Below, one piece after another: positions 1-9,522 of a stretch of 64,000 nt of DNA (its first letter is position 1; every line of letters begins with the position of its first letter). The DNA is from Candidatus Thorarchaeota archaeon (GTDB lineage: Archaea > Asgardarchaeota > Thorarchaeia > Thorarchaeales > Thorarchaeaceae), in the NCBI GenBank assembly GCA_046482545.1, contig JAWOEX010000021.1:96001-160000 (forward strand), written 5' to 3'. The position numbers and the translations under genes are program-made. The notes beneath the pieces are model-generated. The model did not search any database, had not been told where the DNA came from, and worked only from the letters and a program-made list of their open reading frames with translations.

Positions 1-116
1 CCGTCTCTGTTCTTGCCATCGATAGACGGTAACAAAGAGTATAGGAACTCTATCTCAAAAATGACGCTTCATAAGCCTTATAGCATGACTTACATCAGCT
101 TTAGATTGAGTAGGTT

Positions 117-1571
117 TTGGTCACTTTGAATGCGGAGAAGGTCGGCAATCTCACGTACGAAATCCCAAAGGGTACACAGGACTGCATGAAAGTTCCGGTG
201 CGAATCTATGCATCAAGTCAGTTAATCCAGCAGATTCGCGGAGATAAGACACTAAATCAGGCCACAAATGTGGCGTGTCTCCCGGGAATTTACAAACACA
301 GTACGGTATTGCCTGATGGTCACCAAGGGTACGGGTTCCCGATTGGCGGAGTTGCAGCATTGGATTATGAAGAGGGTGTTGTATCCCCAGGTGGAGTCGG
401 ATATGATATCAACTGTGGTGTTCGGGTTCTCAGGACAAATATGGATGAGAAAGATGTGCGCCCAAAAATCAATGCCCTCATCAATCGGCTCTATTCTGAT
501 GTTCCTACTGGTGTTGGTCGAAAGGGAAAAATCCGACTAGATACAGACAGAGAAATCGATAATGTACTTGAAGGCGGCGCCGAATGGGCTGTGGAAAACG
601 GCTTTGGCTGGGAGGGAGATCTAAAGCATACGGAAGCCAATGGAAATCTCGAAATGGCCGATGCCAGTAAGGTATCCGACCACGCCAAGGGCAGAGGAAA
701 GCCCCAAGTCGGAACCCTCGGCTCGGGTAATCACTTCCTGGAGATACAGCGAGTTGACCAAATCTACAATGAGGAAGCTGCTAAAGCGATGGGCATAACA
801 CGAGAAGGGCAAGTCACCATTATGATTCATAGCGGATCAAGAGGCTTCGGACACCAAGTTTGTAGTGATTACATAAAGAACATGACCAGAGCCATGAAGA
901 AGTACAACATTGATGTCCCCGATAGACAGCTCTGTAGTGCACCAGTCACCTCACCAGAAGGACAAGCGTATCTGGGTGCTATGGCTGCAGCAGCTAATTA
1001 CGCTTGGGCCAACAGACAGGCCATGATGCACTGGACGCGCGAAGCATTTTCAAAAGTACTGGGAAATACTCCCGAAGATATGGATATGCATCTGATATAC
1101 GATGTTGCCCATAACATGGCGAAAATAGAGGAACACGAAATCGACGGGAAGACTCGGAAGGTCGTCGTGCACAGAAAAGGTGCAACCCGTGCATTCCCGC
1201 CACATCATGAAGAAACACCCACCGCATACAAGCAGATTGGACAGCCCGTGCTCATCCCTGGAACCATGGGCACTGCATCCTATGTGCTTGTTGGTGATCA
1301 GCAAGGCATGGAACTCAGTTTTGGTTCAACAGCTCATGGCGCAGGTCGAATCATGAGCAGAACACAGGCAAAGCGAGACTTCTATGGCCGAGATGTTCAG
1401 CGAAGACTGGGCGGCGAGGGTATCGTGATTAAGGCGCAGAAGGGTGCGGTCATAGCTGAGGAGAGCCCGGGAGCTTACAAGGACGTAGACGAAGTCGTTC
1501 GAGTCTCAGATGAACTAGGAATAGCTACCAAAGTTCTTAGATTGACTCCAATGGGTGTCATCAAGGGCTAG
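117..1571 (+). CDS. rtcB: tRNA-splicing ligase RtcB
   Basis: LPDGHQGYGFPIGG, GVGYDINCGVR, GTLGSGNHFLE, HSGSRG, HRKGAT and HGAGR motifs. Confidence 0.97.
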   Translation: MVTLNAEKVGNLTYEIPKGTQDCMKVPVRIYASSQLIQQIRGDKTLNQATNVACLPGIYKHSTVLPDGHQGYGFPIGGVAALDYEEGVVSPGGVGYDINCGVRVLRTNMDEKDVRPKINALINRLYSDVPTGVGRKGKIRLDTDREIDNVLEGGAEWAVENGFGWEGDLKHTEANGNLEMADASKVSDHAKGRGKPQVGTLGSGNHFLEIQRVDQIYNEEAAKAMGITREGQVTIMIHSGSRGFGHQVCSDYIKNMTRAMKKYNIDVPDRQLCSAPVTSPEGQAYLGAMAAAANYAWANRQAMMHWTREAFSKVLGNTPEDMDMHLIYDVAHNMAKIEEHEIDGKTRKVVVHRKGATRAFPPHHEETPTAYKQIGQPVLIPGTMGTASYVLVGDQQGMELSFGSTAHGAGRIMSRTQAKRDFYGRDVQRRLGGEGIVIKAQKGAVIAEESPGAYKDVDEVVRVSDELGIATKVLRLTPMGVIKG

Positions 1572-2482
1572 AGTTTAGCTTGTGACGAGCTGCCTTTGCT
1601 AGCAACTTCGACAAGAACAAGAGCAACACCAAAAAGAATAGTACAAAACCATAGGGCAGTAGTGGGATGGGGGGTTTCGCCTAGGAATAGCATGGCAAGA
1701 ATGGTGGCACCAATCGGCTCACCGAGTACTGCTGCTGAAACAACATAGGCAGGCACAAGGGTCAGCAGATAGTTGTTCACAGAATGACCAAGAGCGGTGG
1801 GGAAGATAGCCAAAGCGAGAAAGAGGATTACTTCGGTCGGCTCCAGTATCAAGATATCTACGCCTGCAAGAAACGAGAAGATGAGTGTTACAATGGCTGC
1901 TGTGAAGTATACAACCGAGGTGTAGACTGAAACAGGCAAGCCTCTGGCATATTTGCGTCCACCTATGAAATAGAGAGCAAGGAAAACAGCGCCAAATAAA
2001 GCTAGAAGATCTCCAAGTAATGCACTCCCGCCAACCAATTCGAAGTCGTTCCAAGCGAGCATAACTGCACCAACTACAGCTATGACTATTCCAGCCCACG
2101 ACTTCTTGCCAAGTTTTTCATTCAAGACAAAAGTGGAGAGAATGGCTGTGAATATCGGTGCTGAATCAACGAGAACAACGCTGGCGGCCACTGTGGTTAG
2201 AAACAATGACGTGAACCAAGTCGAAAAGTGAAGGCTTAGCACAACTCCGATGATAACGAGCCACTTCCAGGTTTTTTTCATTTTGTCGCTCTGATATTCT
2301 GCTGTCTCACCCCTGAAAACAGCCAATCCTGCCATGAGGATGGAGCCATAGAGTGTTCGCCAGAAAACGATGGCCAACGGTGGTGAAGTGCTAAATCTAA
2401 TCAGGATGCTGGCACTCGAAACCATTGAAACTGATAACACCAGAAGGAGAACTATCCTGACAACATCTCTTTCCTCCCTCAC
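1568..2482 (-). CDS. EamA/DMT-family transporter
   Basis: About 10 TM helices in two EamA repeats; P-x-F-T-A and LGEPIGA motifs. Confidence 0.9.
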   Translation of the reverse strand: MREERDVVRIVLLLVLSVSMVSSASILIRFSTSPPLAIVFWRTLYGSILMAGLAVFRGETAEYQSDKMKKTWKWLVIIGVVLSLHFSTWFTSLFLTTVAASVVLVDSAPIFTAILSTFVLNEKLGKKSWAGIVIAVVGAVMLAWNDFELVGGSALLGDLLALFGAVFLALYFIGGRKYARGLPVSVYTSVVYFTAAIVTLIFSFLAGVDILILEPTEVILFLALAIFPTALGHSVNNYLLTLVPAYVVSAAVLGEPIGATILAMLFLGETPHPTTALWFCTILFGVALVLVEVASKGSSSQAKL

Positions 2483-2494
2483 AAAATCACAACC

Positions 2495-2989
2495 TTACAC
2501 CGTTAATTTGGCACCACATTTCACGCAATGGCTCTTATTCTCTGTAATGCTTGCGACTTCAGAGCTACATGAACTACAACGCTTGATTACAAGATTGTGT
2601 AAATTGAGTCTCCCTAAAACAGTCCGAACTTCTTCTAAATCACCATATTGGAAAAGGGCAGTTCCGCTTGCTCCTGAAACCATATATGATAGGGGCTTGG
2701 CATCGCTATGGCGGAATAGAAGCAAGGGTTTTCCAAGTTCTATCGCCAGCATGAGTTCCATACCAACACCATGTGATGCACTCGAAACCTCAGCAATTAC
2801 AAAATTCGCTGCCCGGACCTTTCGAATATCCCTTTGAAATATCTCAGTAGGTTCAGCTGGGCCAAGAAATTGGGGGGCAAAGACATCTATTTCTGCATCG
2901 CGCAGAATATCAACTATGCTCTCATAGAAACCGTCCTTTCGACTGTCTTCGTCAATGATGGGACCAGAAAGGTAACAAAGAGTCGTCGT
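2495..2989 (-). CDS. Nucleoside 2-deoxyribosyltransferase / DNPH1-like N-glycosidase with C-terminal Zn ribbon
   Basis: The frame stays open upstream of the tracked ORF (2761) to 2992: CYLSGPII...IFQRDIRKVRAANFVIAEVSSASHGVGME; ends in CxxC...CxxC. No ATG/GTG/TTG at the N-terminus, so the start is uncertain. Confidence 0.75.
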   Translation of the reverse strand, partial: TTTLCYLSGPIIDEDSRKDGFYESIVDILRDAEIDVFAPQFLGPAEPTEIFQRDIRKVRAANFVIAEVSSASHGVGMELMLAIELGKPLLLFRHSDAKPLSYMVSGASGTALFQYGDLEEVRTVLGRLNLHNLVIKRCSSCSSEVASITENKSHCVKCGAKLTV

Positions 2990-3027
2990 AGGTCATCTCC
3001 ACGGCAGCTATTTCTAGAAGGTTGTAA

Positions 3028-3396
3028 TCAATCCTCGCTATTTCGAGTTGTATCTAAGATTTCCGAAAGCTCAGGCAAACCTTCATCACTTTCTAGAACT
3101 TCATAGCTACCAGACCGGCCTAGCGAAATCTGAATCTTTCCTTTGTACTGCTTTGCCCACCCATCCGAAATCTGTAGTACCTTTCCAGCCTTGATGTCGG
3201 AACCCTCTCCAAAGCCCCACAATGTGAACACAGCGGTTCCAGTCTCATCGCCCACCAAAACCTCGGTCAATTGCGTCTTCCGGCCGCTTCGCGTTCTTAT
3301 AATCCGAGCTGGCGCTACAGATACAACACGGACAGTCAATTCGGGTATACCGCTTTGGGGTTCAACATCCTCAACTTTCATCTTTGGTCTGTCCAC
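3028..3396 (-). CDS. ssb: Single-OB-fold ssDNA-binding protein (SSB/RPA-like)
   Basis: VLVGDETG..VFTLWG, GKVLQISDGWAKQYKGKIQISLG OB-fold pattern. Confidence 0.85.
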   Translation of the reverse strand: MDRPKMKVEDVEPQSGIPELTVRVVSVAPARIIRTRSGRKTQLTEVLVGDETGTAVFTLWGFGEGSDIKAGKVLQISDGWAKQYKGKIQISLGRSGSYEVLESDEGLPELSEILDTTRNSED

Positions 3397-3504
3397 TTAT
3401 CTCTATTCAGGGGGTGCATAAATCAGTGTTACGAGAGACACATAAATGTGCTCTTGAACAAAGCGGGTTGCACGAATTCCAATCGGATAACCATAAGCTC
3501 TAGA

Positions 3505-5337
3505 TTATATCTCTTCCAGTTCCTCGTTATCTTCTTCTTTACTGCCTCTTTTCGCTAGTTTCTTCCGGTCTTTTCGTGCTTTTTCATTCTCTTTCTTAGA
3601 ATTCATCTCGCCAAAGATTTCTTCCATTTCACGGATAGATTCTGAATCAGGGTCTACTGGAGTGGAGGGTTCTTCATCGCACTCCACAGAGTTGGTCATA
3701 CACTCAATCTCGCCAAGAACGAATTCAAGCTCTTGCCTGACATCTTCCCCAAGTTCAGCTGTGGTTTCCTCTTCGTCTTCTTTCGGCAATGTTTCATTAC
3801 TGGAAAAAGCCTCGAGAGCCGCATCAATTTCTTCTCCAGTAGCTGTTTCTAAATCTGAAGCAACAATGTCATCAGCATCAAGAGCTTCTGAAATGATTTC
3901 TTTTGCCATTTCACGTCCGTTCTCAACCGTCTGTTTCTGTCTGATCTGATGATAATCTAGGACACCAGTCTCCCACTCTGCCTTCCCTACAATTGCTGTT
4001 TCTCCTTGTTCTTTAGCTTCAACCATTTCCGATTCCAATTGCCATTTTATATCGATTTGCTCTGCTGTCTGCTCATCAGAAATGGGTGCTTGCTCTGCAG
4101 TAGTCTCTAATGAAAATGCAGTGGCCTCTTTTTGTTCGGAACCTTTCTGCTCAATGGAAATCGCTTGGTCTTCCACAGTCGCTTCAGCGGTTTTCTCAGA
4201 AACATCCGTCCGGGTTGGAATCTCCGTTTCTGTTGATATATCTGAAACAGACTCTTCTTCCGGTGTATCTTCTTCGACAACTTCGACGACTTCTTCTATA
4301 ACCTCATACTCCCCGTCACTTTCTTCTACAACTCGCCCTTCTTCATCAACAAGAACCGTCTCCACAACCTCAAGCTCTTCTTCCTCCTCTTCCTCCTCTT
4401 CCTTCTTTTCCTCCTCTATCTCTCGGATTACCTCGCTGGGTTCTGCATCCACAAAGGTGAGTACTTCTGAAGGTGGTAGGTCGGGTACAGATACACCGAC
4501 AAACTGCGCAGCTGCATTCATAAGAAGCCTTAGCATTTCTTCGCGACGATCCTTATCTATGGCAACCATTGGATAGGTTGGCACCCCAAGTATTTTCTGA
4601 ATCACACCAGGCTTCATCGCCTTGGGTTTGTCCTGCTTGTTGGCTATAGCAAAAATAGGAACTTTGGGGGCATCACGGCGAATCATCTTGAGTATATCTT
4701 TGCTGATGATAACATTTCTCAGAGTAGAATCACAGACAAGGAAAATCACATCAGCACCATGGAAGTAGAACTTCCATAGCTTTCTGAATCTCTCCTGACC
4801 CGCGAAGTCCCACAAAACAAGGCTGTAGTTTCCGAAACGAATGTTTTCAACAGTTTCAAGATTGAGCGCGATTGTTGGAACATATTGCAGCGGAGGGGTA
4901 TCGCCTAGGAGGAGATGGAGGGTTGTGGTTTTTCCTACACCACCCTCCCCAACTAGTGCTATCTTCAACCGCGTCGTAACGGCGTCCTGGATGAGCTCTT
5001 CATAATTGTCAACAATGAATCGTAGACCTTTGTCGAGGTTCTTGGTGAGTATCTTCGAGGCTTCATTAATTCGATCTCGAATATTTCCTTCATCCTCTGA
5101 TTCATCAGTTGCAAATATTAGAAGCAGGTCAGAATCGATTTCTGAGGCCATGAATTTGTCATTGCCTATACTTAGAGGCAGTTCTGGGGTCAGCTCTGTA
5201 CCTGATTGCTTTTGAATTTCTTCACGGGTGTCAATGAATGATTCTATCTGCTCGGTTTTCACTTCTACCGGCCAATAACTTGAATGGGCAATGATTTCGC
5301 CTGCAGGCTTCTTGACTAGGTATGTATTGTGAATCAC
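3505..5337 (-). CDS. Longin-like domain + Arf-like small GTPase + long acidic disordered tail
   Basis: G1 GEGGVGKT, G2 YVPTI, G3 WDFAGQ, G4 NKQD; N-terminal ~120 aa alpha/beta domain; E-rich C-terminal ~310 aa. Confidence 0.85.
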   Translation of the reverse strand: MIHNTYLVKKPAGEIIAHSSYWPVEVKTEQIESFIDTREEIQKQSGTELTPELPLSIGNDKFMASEIDSDLLLIFATDESEDEGNIRDRINEASKILTKNLDKGLRFIVDNYEELIQDAVTTRLKIALVGEGGVGKTTTLHLLLGDTPPLQYVPTIALNLETVENIRFGNYSLVLWDFAGQERFRKLWKFYFHGADVIFLVCDSTLRNVIISKDILKMIRRDAPKVPIFAIANKQDKPKAMKPGVIQKILGVPTYPMVAIDKDRREEMLRLLMNAAAQFVGVSVPDLPPSEVLTFVDAEPSEVIREIEEEKKEEEEEEEEELEVVETVLVDEEGRVVEESDGEYEVIEEVVEVVEEDTPEEESVSDISTETEIPTRTDVSEKTAEATVEDQAISIEQKGSEQKEATAFSLETTAEQAPISDEQTAEQIDIKWQLESEMVEAKEQGETAIVGKAEWETGVLDYHQIRQKQTVENGREMAKEIISEALDADDIVASDLETATGEEIDAALEAFSSNETLPKEDEEETTAELGEDVRQELEFVLGEIECMTNSVECDEEPSTPVDPDSESIREMEEIFGEMNSKKENEKARKDRKKLAKRGSKEEDNEELEEI

Positions 5338-5482
5338 TACTCATCACCGCTTGACAGGGTTGTCTTTACCGGACATTACTATCATCTTTCTGAGGACCAA
5401 ATTAAGTCTTGGTTGTCTATTGTAAGCTTATTCTAGTGGTACTAATATCACCTATGTAAGATTATAGTCTGAGGTAGTCGTA

Positions 5483-6400
5483 GTGGTTACCACTGAATGC
5501 ATTATTGAAAGAGGAAAGCCAAGAAATCTCGAATTGATTGCCGAGAGAATGGCTGACCTATACAATGCTGTTGAAGGATATGATAATCCAGAGTTTAGCC
5601 CTAAAGACAAAGCATTCTTTCGAGAGAAATATGCATCTCTTGACATAGAAAGGAATCTTGTTCTTGCATGGGGGCCTCAGCGACGGATCGTTGGAATGGG
5701 AAGAATCTATCAAATTGGCACAGCCGCTATCGGTGTCTCTGTCAACGTAAGACCGAGTTCCCGAGGAGAAGGTATTGGTTCAAGACTGTTTGAGCAGGTT
5801 CTGAAAGAAGCTAGGTCTCGCGAATATAAAAAAATTAGAACGATGATTCCAAGTTATCGTCCCTACGCCCTAAATCTCGCCAAAGAACAAGGTTTCAAAA
5901 GAGTCGAGACAAGAATTAGAATGTGTACCACGATTGTGGATGATTCACTCACTCATGAAGAGGATACTGAGTTACACATCAGTGAAATCCAGTTACAAGA
6001 GGATATAGAAAGCTGGAAAGAACTGCAGGATTCACTTTTCAGGGATTCACTCCTTTACGAGCCAATGAGTGTTGATATCCTCTCCACGTTTCGTCAGAAA
6101 CCGGGATTCATCGGCCTCCTCGCCTATAAAAAGAACGAACCTATTGGATATTGTACGGGGTGGGAAACGAACCCATCCGATTTCTTCGTATTTGGAATAG
6201 GGGTGGCTGAAGAGTTTCACCACCAGGGCTATGGAACCATACTACTTGGAACTGCTCTACGTAAAGCTACGAAGCGAGGGGTGTCAAAATCAAGTCTTTC
6301 CGTTGAAGCTGATAATCAACAAGCAATTCAATTCTACAAGAAGAAATTCAACTATAGGGAGAAGTACAGGCACATCCATTTTGAGGTAGATGTAAAATAG
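5483..6400 (+). CDS. Tandem GNAT acetyltransferase
   Basis: Two motif-A copies (RGEGIGSRL, HHQGYGTIL) and N..AI.FY. Confidence 0.9.
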   Translation: MVTTECIIERGKPRNLELIAERMADLYNAVEGYDNPEFSPKDKAFFREKYASLDIERNLVLAWGPQRRIVGMGRIYQIGTAAIGVSVNVRPSSRGEGIGSRLFEQVLKEARSREYKKIRTMIPSYRPYALNLAKEQGFKRVETRIRMCTTIVDDSLTHEEDTELHISEIQLQEDIESWKELQDSLFRDSLLYEPMSVDILSTFRQKPGFIGLLAYKKNEPIGYCTGWETNPSDFFVFGIGVAEEFHHQGYGTILLGTALRKATKRGVSKSSLSVEADNQQAIQFYKKKFNYREKYRHIHFEVDVK

Positions 6401-6473
6401 AATCAGGCACAAGCGAATAGAAAAACAGGCGACTCGTATCAGCAGGCCTTTTCCAGTCTTAGAGCACCCATTT

Positions 6474-6617
6474 TCCAAGATACATGTCATACGTTGCAGC
6501 TGGAATTGTTTTCCCAACTGTTCAAGGGAATTAATGCAAGAAAACCTGAACTGATTTTGGAACCGTGCGTGTTTCGCTACAGGTTTCACTTCGTAGGGAA
6601 AAACCATGTATCTTGGA
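6474..6617. repeat. 13-bp perfect inverted repeat enclosing nested stems
   Basis: tccaagatacatg (6474-6486) / catgtatcttgga (6605-6617); internal aaacctg/caggttt and ttccc/gggaa. Confidence 0.6.
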
Positions 6618-6678
6618 CAACAAGAGAGTTCTACCAGTCAACAAGAAGTTATTAATCAGTAGATGAATCACCCGTAAG

Positions 6679-7818
6679 TCAACGGGGGAAATTGTCTCTG
6701 AGCAATCGCAGGTGCTGTTCGACCATCTCCATCTGCCGTGTGTCTTCCGGATCCTTCTCAAGCTCTTGAACAAGAGTCTGCAGGAAGTACTCTGGGAAGA
6801 ACAGCCGTACACGGATGTCGTTCAGTAAAAATAGCCAGCGATCGTATTCGCCAGACGGTTCTTTGCGGCGTTTCTCAGATACAACACGGTATTTTTTCAG
6901 AGTCTGTATAGCCTGTCTCAGCTCCTTTGGCGGAATACCAAGCGTTGCTTCAAGCTCCGGAATATTGATTGGACGTTGTCTAAGAATGCTCAACACGTCA
7001 TAGCAGTCGGGATCTGACAGGATTTCTGCTATTGCCACCGTGTCTTCCGCAGTCTTTTGCCATTCGGTCAGGAACTCAAGCACTTCAGTCTTGTATTCAG
7101 CGGCTAGCTCAGGGTCAAGAACTTCAGAAGCAGCTTCCATAGACAGTAATGGTGGTGCTCGGAAAACTTCTAAATCTTTAATCATAAATACGCAAGTTCT
7201 GCCTATCTCATCAACCCATTCTACTTTTGCTATCCCGAGCTCTTCAAAGGGAGCAAGAATCGAATCAACACTGACACTAGGGAGTCCTGTGACCATCTTC
7301 AGCCATTCTTCAAGATCCTCCTTTGAGATGCCCCCTTTCCACAGCTTTGGAAATACGGCCCGAGAAACCTCATCAGCAAACAGTCGGGCCAGTCTGGACT
7401 CGTCAGCCATTCCTGCAAGGCGAATAATCCGGCGATACGTATTCTCAAGCTCTTCTTGCATCTCTGCATCGGTCATCGATACGACTGCGCTCATGAGTGG
7501 GGAAACCACTGATGTGATTGCAGCCTCGTATACCTTCGGATCCTCTGAAGGACCTAGTAACAACGATATACAGTATTGTTCTTCCTCTCGTACAATACCG
7601 GTATAATACGAAGCAACATTGTATTCTTCTCCACCGATGCGAACCGAAAGTGTGGAGAATCCAGCTGCAGCTTCTCCCATTGCATGAGACGTAAAAATTC
7701 GCATGGCTTCAGTGTTAAGGTCTTCTTGATAGTATTCGGCAAAATCCTCCGGCACCTTGGCCTTGAGAACAGCCCCTATCTTGCTATCCCAGTCAATCAA
7801 CAGCATGGCGACAGGCAT
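6679..7818 (-). CDS. uDENN/longin-like domain protein with C-terminal winged helix
   Basis: N-terminal LLIDWDSKIGAVLKAKVP resembles the uDENN F/WD..xGP...yP start; C-terminal YDVLSILRQRPINIPELEATLGIP wHTH. Confidence 0.6.
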   Translation of the reverse strand: MPVAMLLIDWDSKIGAVLKAKVPEDFAEYYQEDLNTEAMRIFTSHAMGEAAAGFSTLSVRIGGEEYNVASYYTGIVREEEQYCISLLLGPSEDPKVYEAAITSVVSPLMSAVVSMTDAEMQEELENTYRRIIRLAGMADESRLARLFADEVSRAVFPKLWKGGISKEDLEEWLKMVTGLPSVSVDSILAPFEELGIAKVEWVDEIGRTCVFMIKDLEVFRAPPLLSMEAASEVLDPELAAEYKTEVLEFLTEWQKTAEDTVAIAEILSDPDCYDVLSILRQRPINIPELEATLGIPPKELRQAIQTLKKYRVVSEKRRKEPSGEYDRWLFLLNDIRVRLFFPEYFLQTLVQELEKDPEDTRQMEMVEQHLRLLRDNFPR

Positions 7819-7870
7819 TTTTCTTCCCTCTTCGGGCCTACGAACAGCTGGGTTGTTTAAATCTACGTTA

Positions 7871-7910
7871 GTACTGAACGTGAGCTACATTTGTATCGAA
7901 CGTGAGCTAC
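7871..7910. promoter_or_regulatory. Direct repeat (gaacgtgagctac x2, 22-bp period), candidate operator
   Basis: Copies at 7876-7888 and 7898-7910, between a minus-strand TTTTTA box (~7913-7918) and the 7818 start. Confidence 0.45.
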
Positions 7911-8264
7911 GATAAAAAGCTTGTCGCTAATCACTTCGCATTAGAATAATCGTTACATAAGTATCTGTAGTGTCCAGGAATCTATATCAAAGAAATCAGA
8001 TTATCAGGTATTGGCTTATCTGTAGGATATCTGTCTGGCAAGTGTCTGAAGAAGACTTTCAATGAAGAGAACATAGGGGGCTCCATTAATCTCTGTGAGC
8101 CATCTCACTTTTTGTTTCAACATCAAATCACATCGCGACTAATTTTGCCGCCTCTTTCTGAACTCTTTTGTTCATCTGATAATTCGTGAGAAGATGACAA
8201 GTCTTATATGTTCCACGAGACCCATTGTAGGATAACATATCCTATGATTTGGTGGATAAATGTC

Positions 8265-8828
8265 ATGAAAAGGGCGTTGGTCCTCGTTTGCCTGCTTGTA
8301 TCCTTTACGCATTTCTTTGCTCCTATAACCAAAATCAGTACATCTAATCATGTACCAGCTGCCGCGAGAATAGAACTGACAATCGATTTTGGCAACGGAA
8401 CAGAACTAGTCTATTCTCAGGTAGAGGCAGAAACTGTTCTTGATGCGATTCGAAACGTCACATCAGTCGAAGTAGATTGGTATGGAGACCGAGCCTTTGT
8501 GACATCAATAGCAGGTGTGACAAACGAGGCAGAAACTGGTCTATGGTGGCAATACTGGGTAAATGGTCATCTGGGATCGGTGGCAGCAAACAAATACGAT
8601 CTCAATGACAATGACACAGTTGCTTGGCGCCGAATTCCACCAGAGTATACTGCCGCCACACAAAACAGCAGTGATCCTTTAGCCCTTCTTGCTTTGATAA
8701 TTCTGCCAATTATTGGGATATCTGCAATATTAGGTATGTACATCAGGAGACACGAAAATGATCAACAAAACAATAATCGCATTACTAATGATAACTTTGG
8801 TTTTCACCCCCCTTATGTCAACCACTGA
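8265..8828 (+). CDS. DUF4430 (transcobalamin C-terminal-like) membrane-anchored protein
   Basis: Signal peptide; FVTSIAGV.N....WWQYWVNG...SVAA..Y.L..ND.VAW; C-terminal TM. Confidence 0.8.
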   Translation: MKRALVLVCLLVSFTHFFAPITKISTSNHVPAAARIELTIDFGNGTELVYSQVEAETVLDAIRNVTSVEVDWYGDRAFVTSIAGVTNEAETGLWWQYWVNGHLGSVAANKYDLNDNDTVAWRRIPPEYTAATQNSSDPLALLALIILPIIGISAILGMYIRRHENDQQNNNRITNDNFGFHPPYVNH

Positions 8829-9498
8829 GTACCATACAATCCTCCAACCCACGTCAAATGGCGAGACTACCATTTCATGGAGCATTGAAGAAAGCCCAGA
8901 TGTACCAGTTGAGTGGGGATGGAGCGGTGAAGGAGCTTGGATGACAGAGGAGGAATCTTCAATGACCTTCCGCATCACCAACATTACTGACGTTGTCGAA
9001 GGTACTCTACACATTGGCAATCTAACCATAACCACCAATGATACCACCATCGCGAGGGAACTCGTCATTGGAGTCTGGGGTTTGACACCTTTCTTCCCCG
9101 GGCTGGTCGTACCAATAGGCGACGAAAATATGCAAATCTTAAACGAAACAGCCAGAGCCTCTGCAGAAAGAGTATCAGGGAACTATATGAACGGGACAAT
9201 GATTGTATCAGAGCAAGCGATTGAAGTAGATGACACAAGCTATGAGTGCATCACCTTCGACTATGAACAGGATTCTTCTGGATATGCCCAACCACAGATT
9301 ACCCATCTTGCATACGATTGTGAAACAGGGGTCCTTGTATGGGCAAACACTAGCTACTCGTTTGGTACACCTTACAATCTGTGTCTTTCGCTTGAAATGA
9401 TAGCCCCACCATCTCCGAGCTCCATTCTTGCACTTGTGGGGATTGCAGTAATCGCTGTTGTTGCAATTATTATCATAATCAAGGTACGAGAGGGATAA
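8758..9498 (+). CDS. Secreted protein with C-terminal membrane anchor
   Basis: Signal peptide, beta-rich body (YD.ETGVLV), C-terminal TM followed by basic residues. Confidence 0.75.
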   Translation: MINKTIIALLMITLVFTPLMSTTEYHTILQPTSNGETTISWSIEESPDVPVEWGWSGEGAWMTEEESSMTFRITNITDVVEGTLHIGNLTITTNDTTIARELVIGVWGLTPFFPGLVVPIGDENMQILNETARASAERVSGNYMNGTMIVSEQAIEVDDTSYECITFDYEQDSSGYAQPQITHLAYDCETGVLVWANTSYSFGTPYNLCLSLEMIAPPSPSSILALVGIAVIAVVAIIIIIKVREG

Positions 9499-9522
9499 TC
9501 CTGCAGTAATGAAGGGATAGAC

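Noticed and set aside
4082-4576. Ser-rich 164-aa ORF and similar antisense ORFs throughout the window
   Set aside because: Shadows of Glu-rich or other real genes on the opposite strand
7920-8260. Cobalamin riboswitch upstream of the DUF4430/CbrT genes
   Set aside because: No recognisable GGGAA / GCCACTG / B12-box elements
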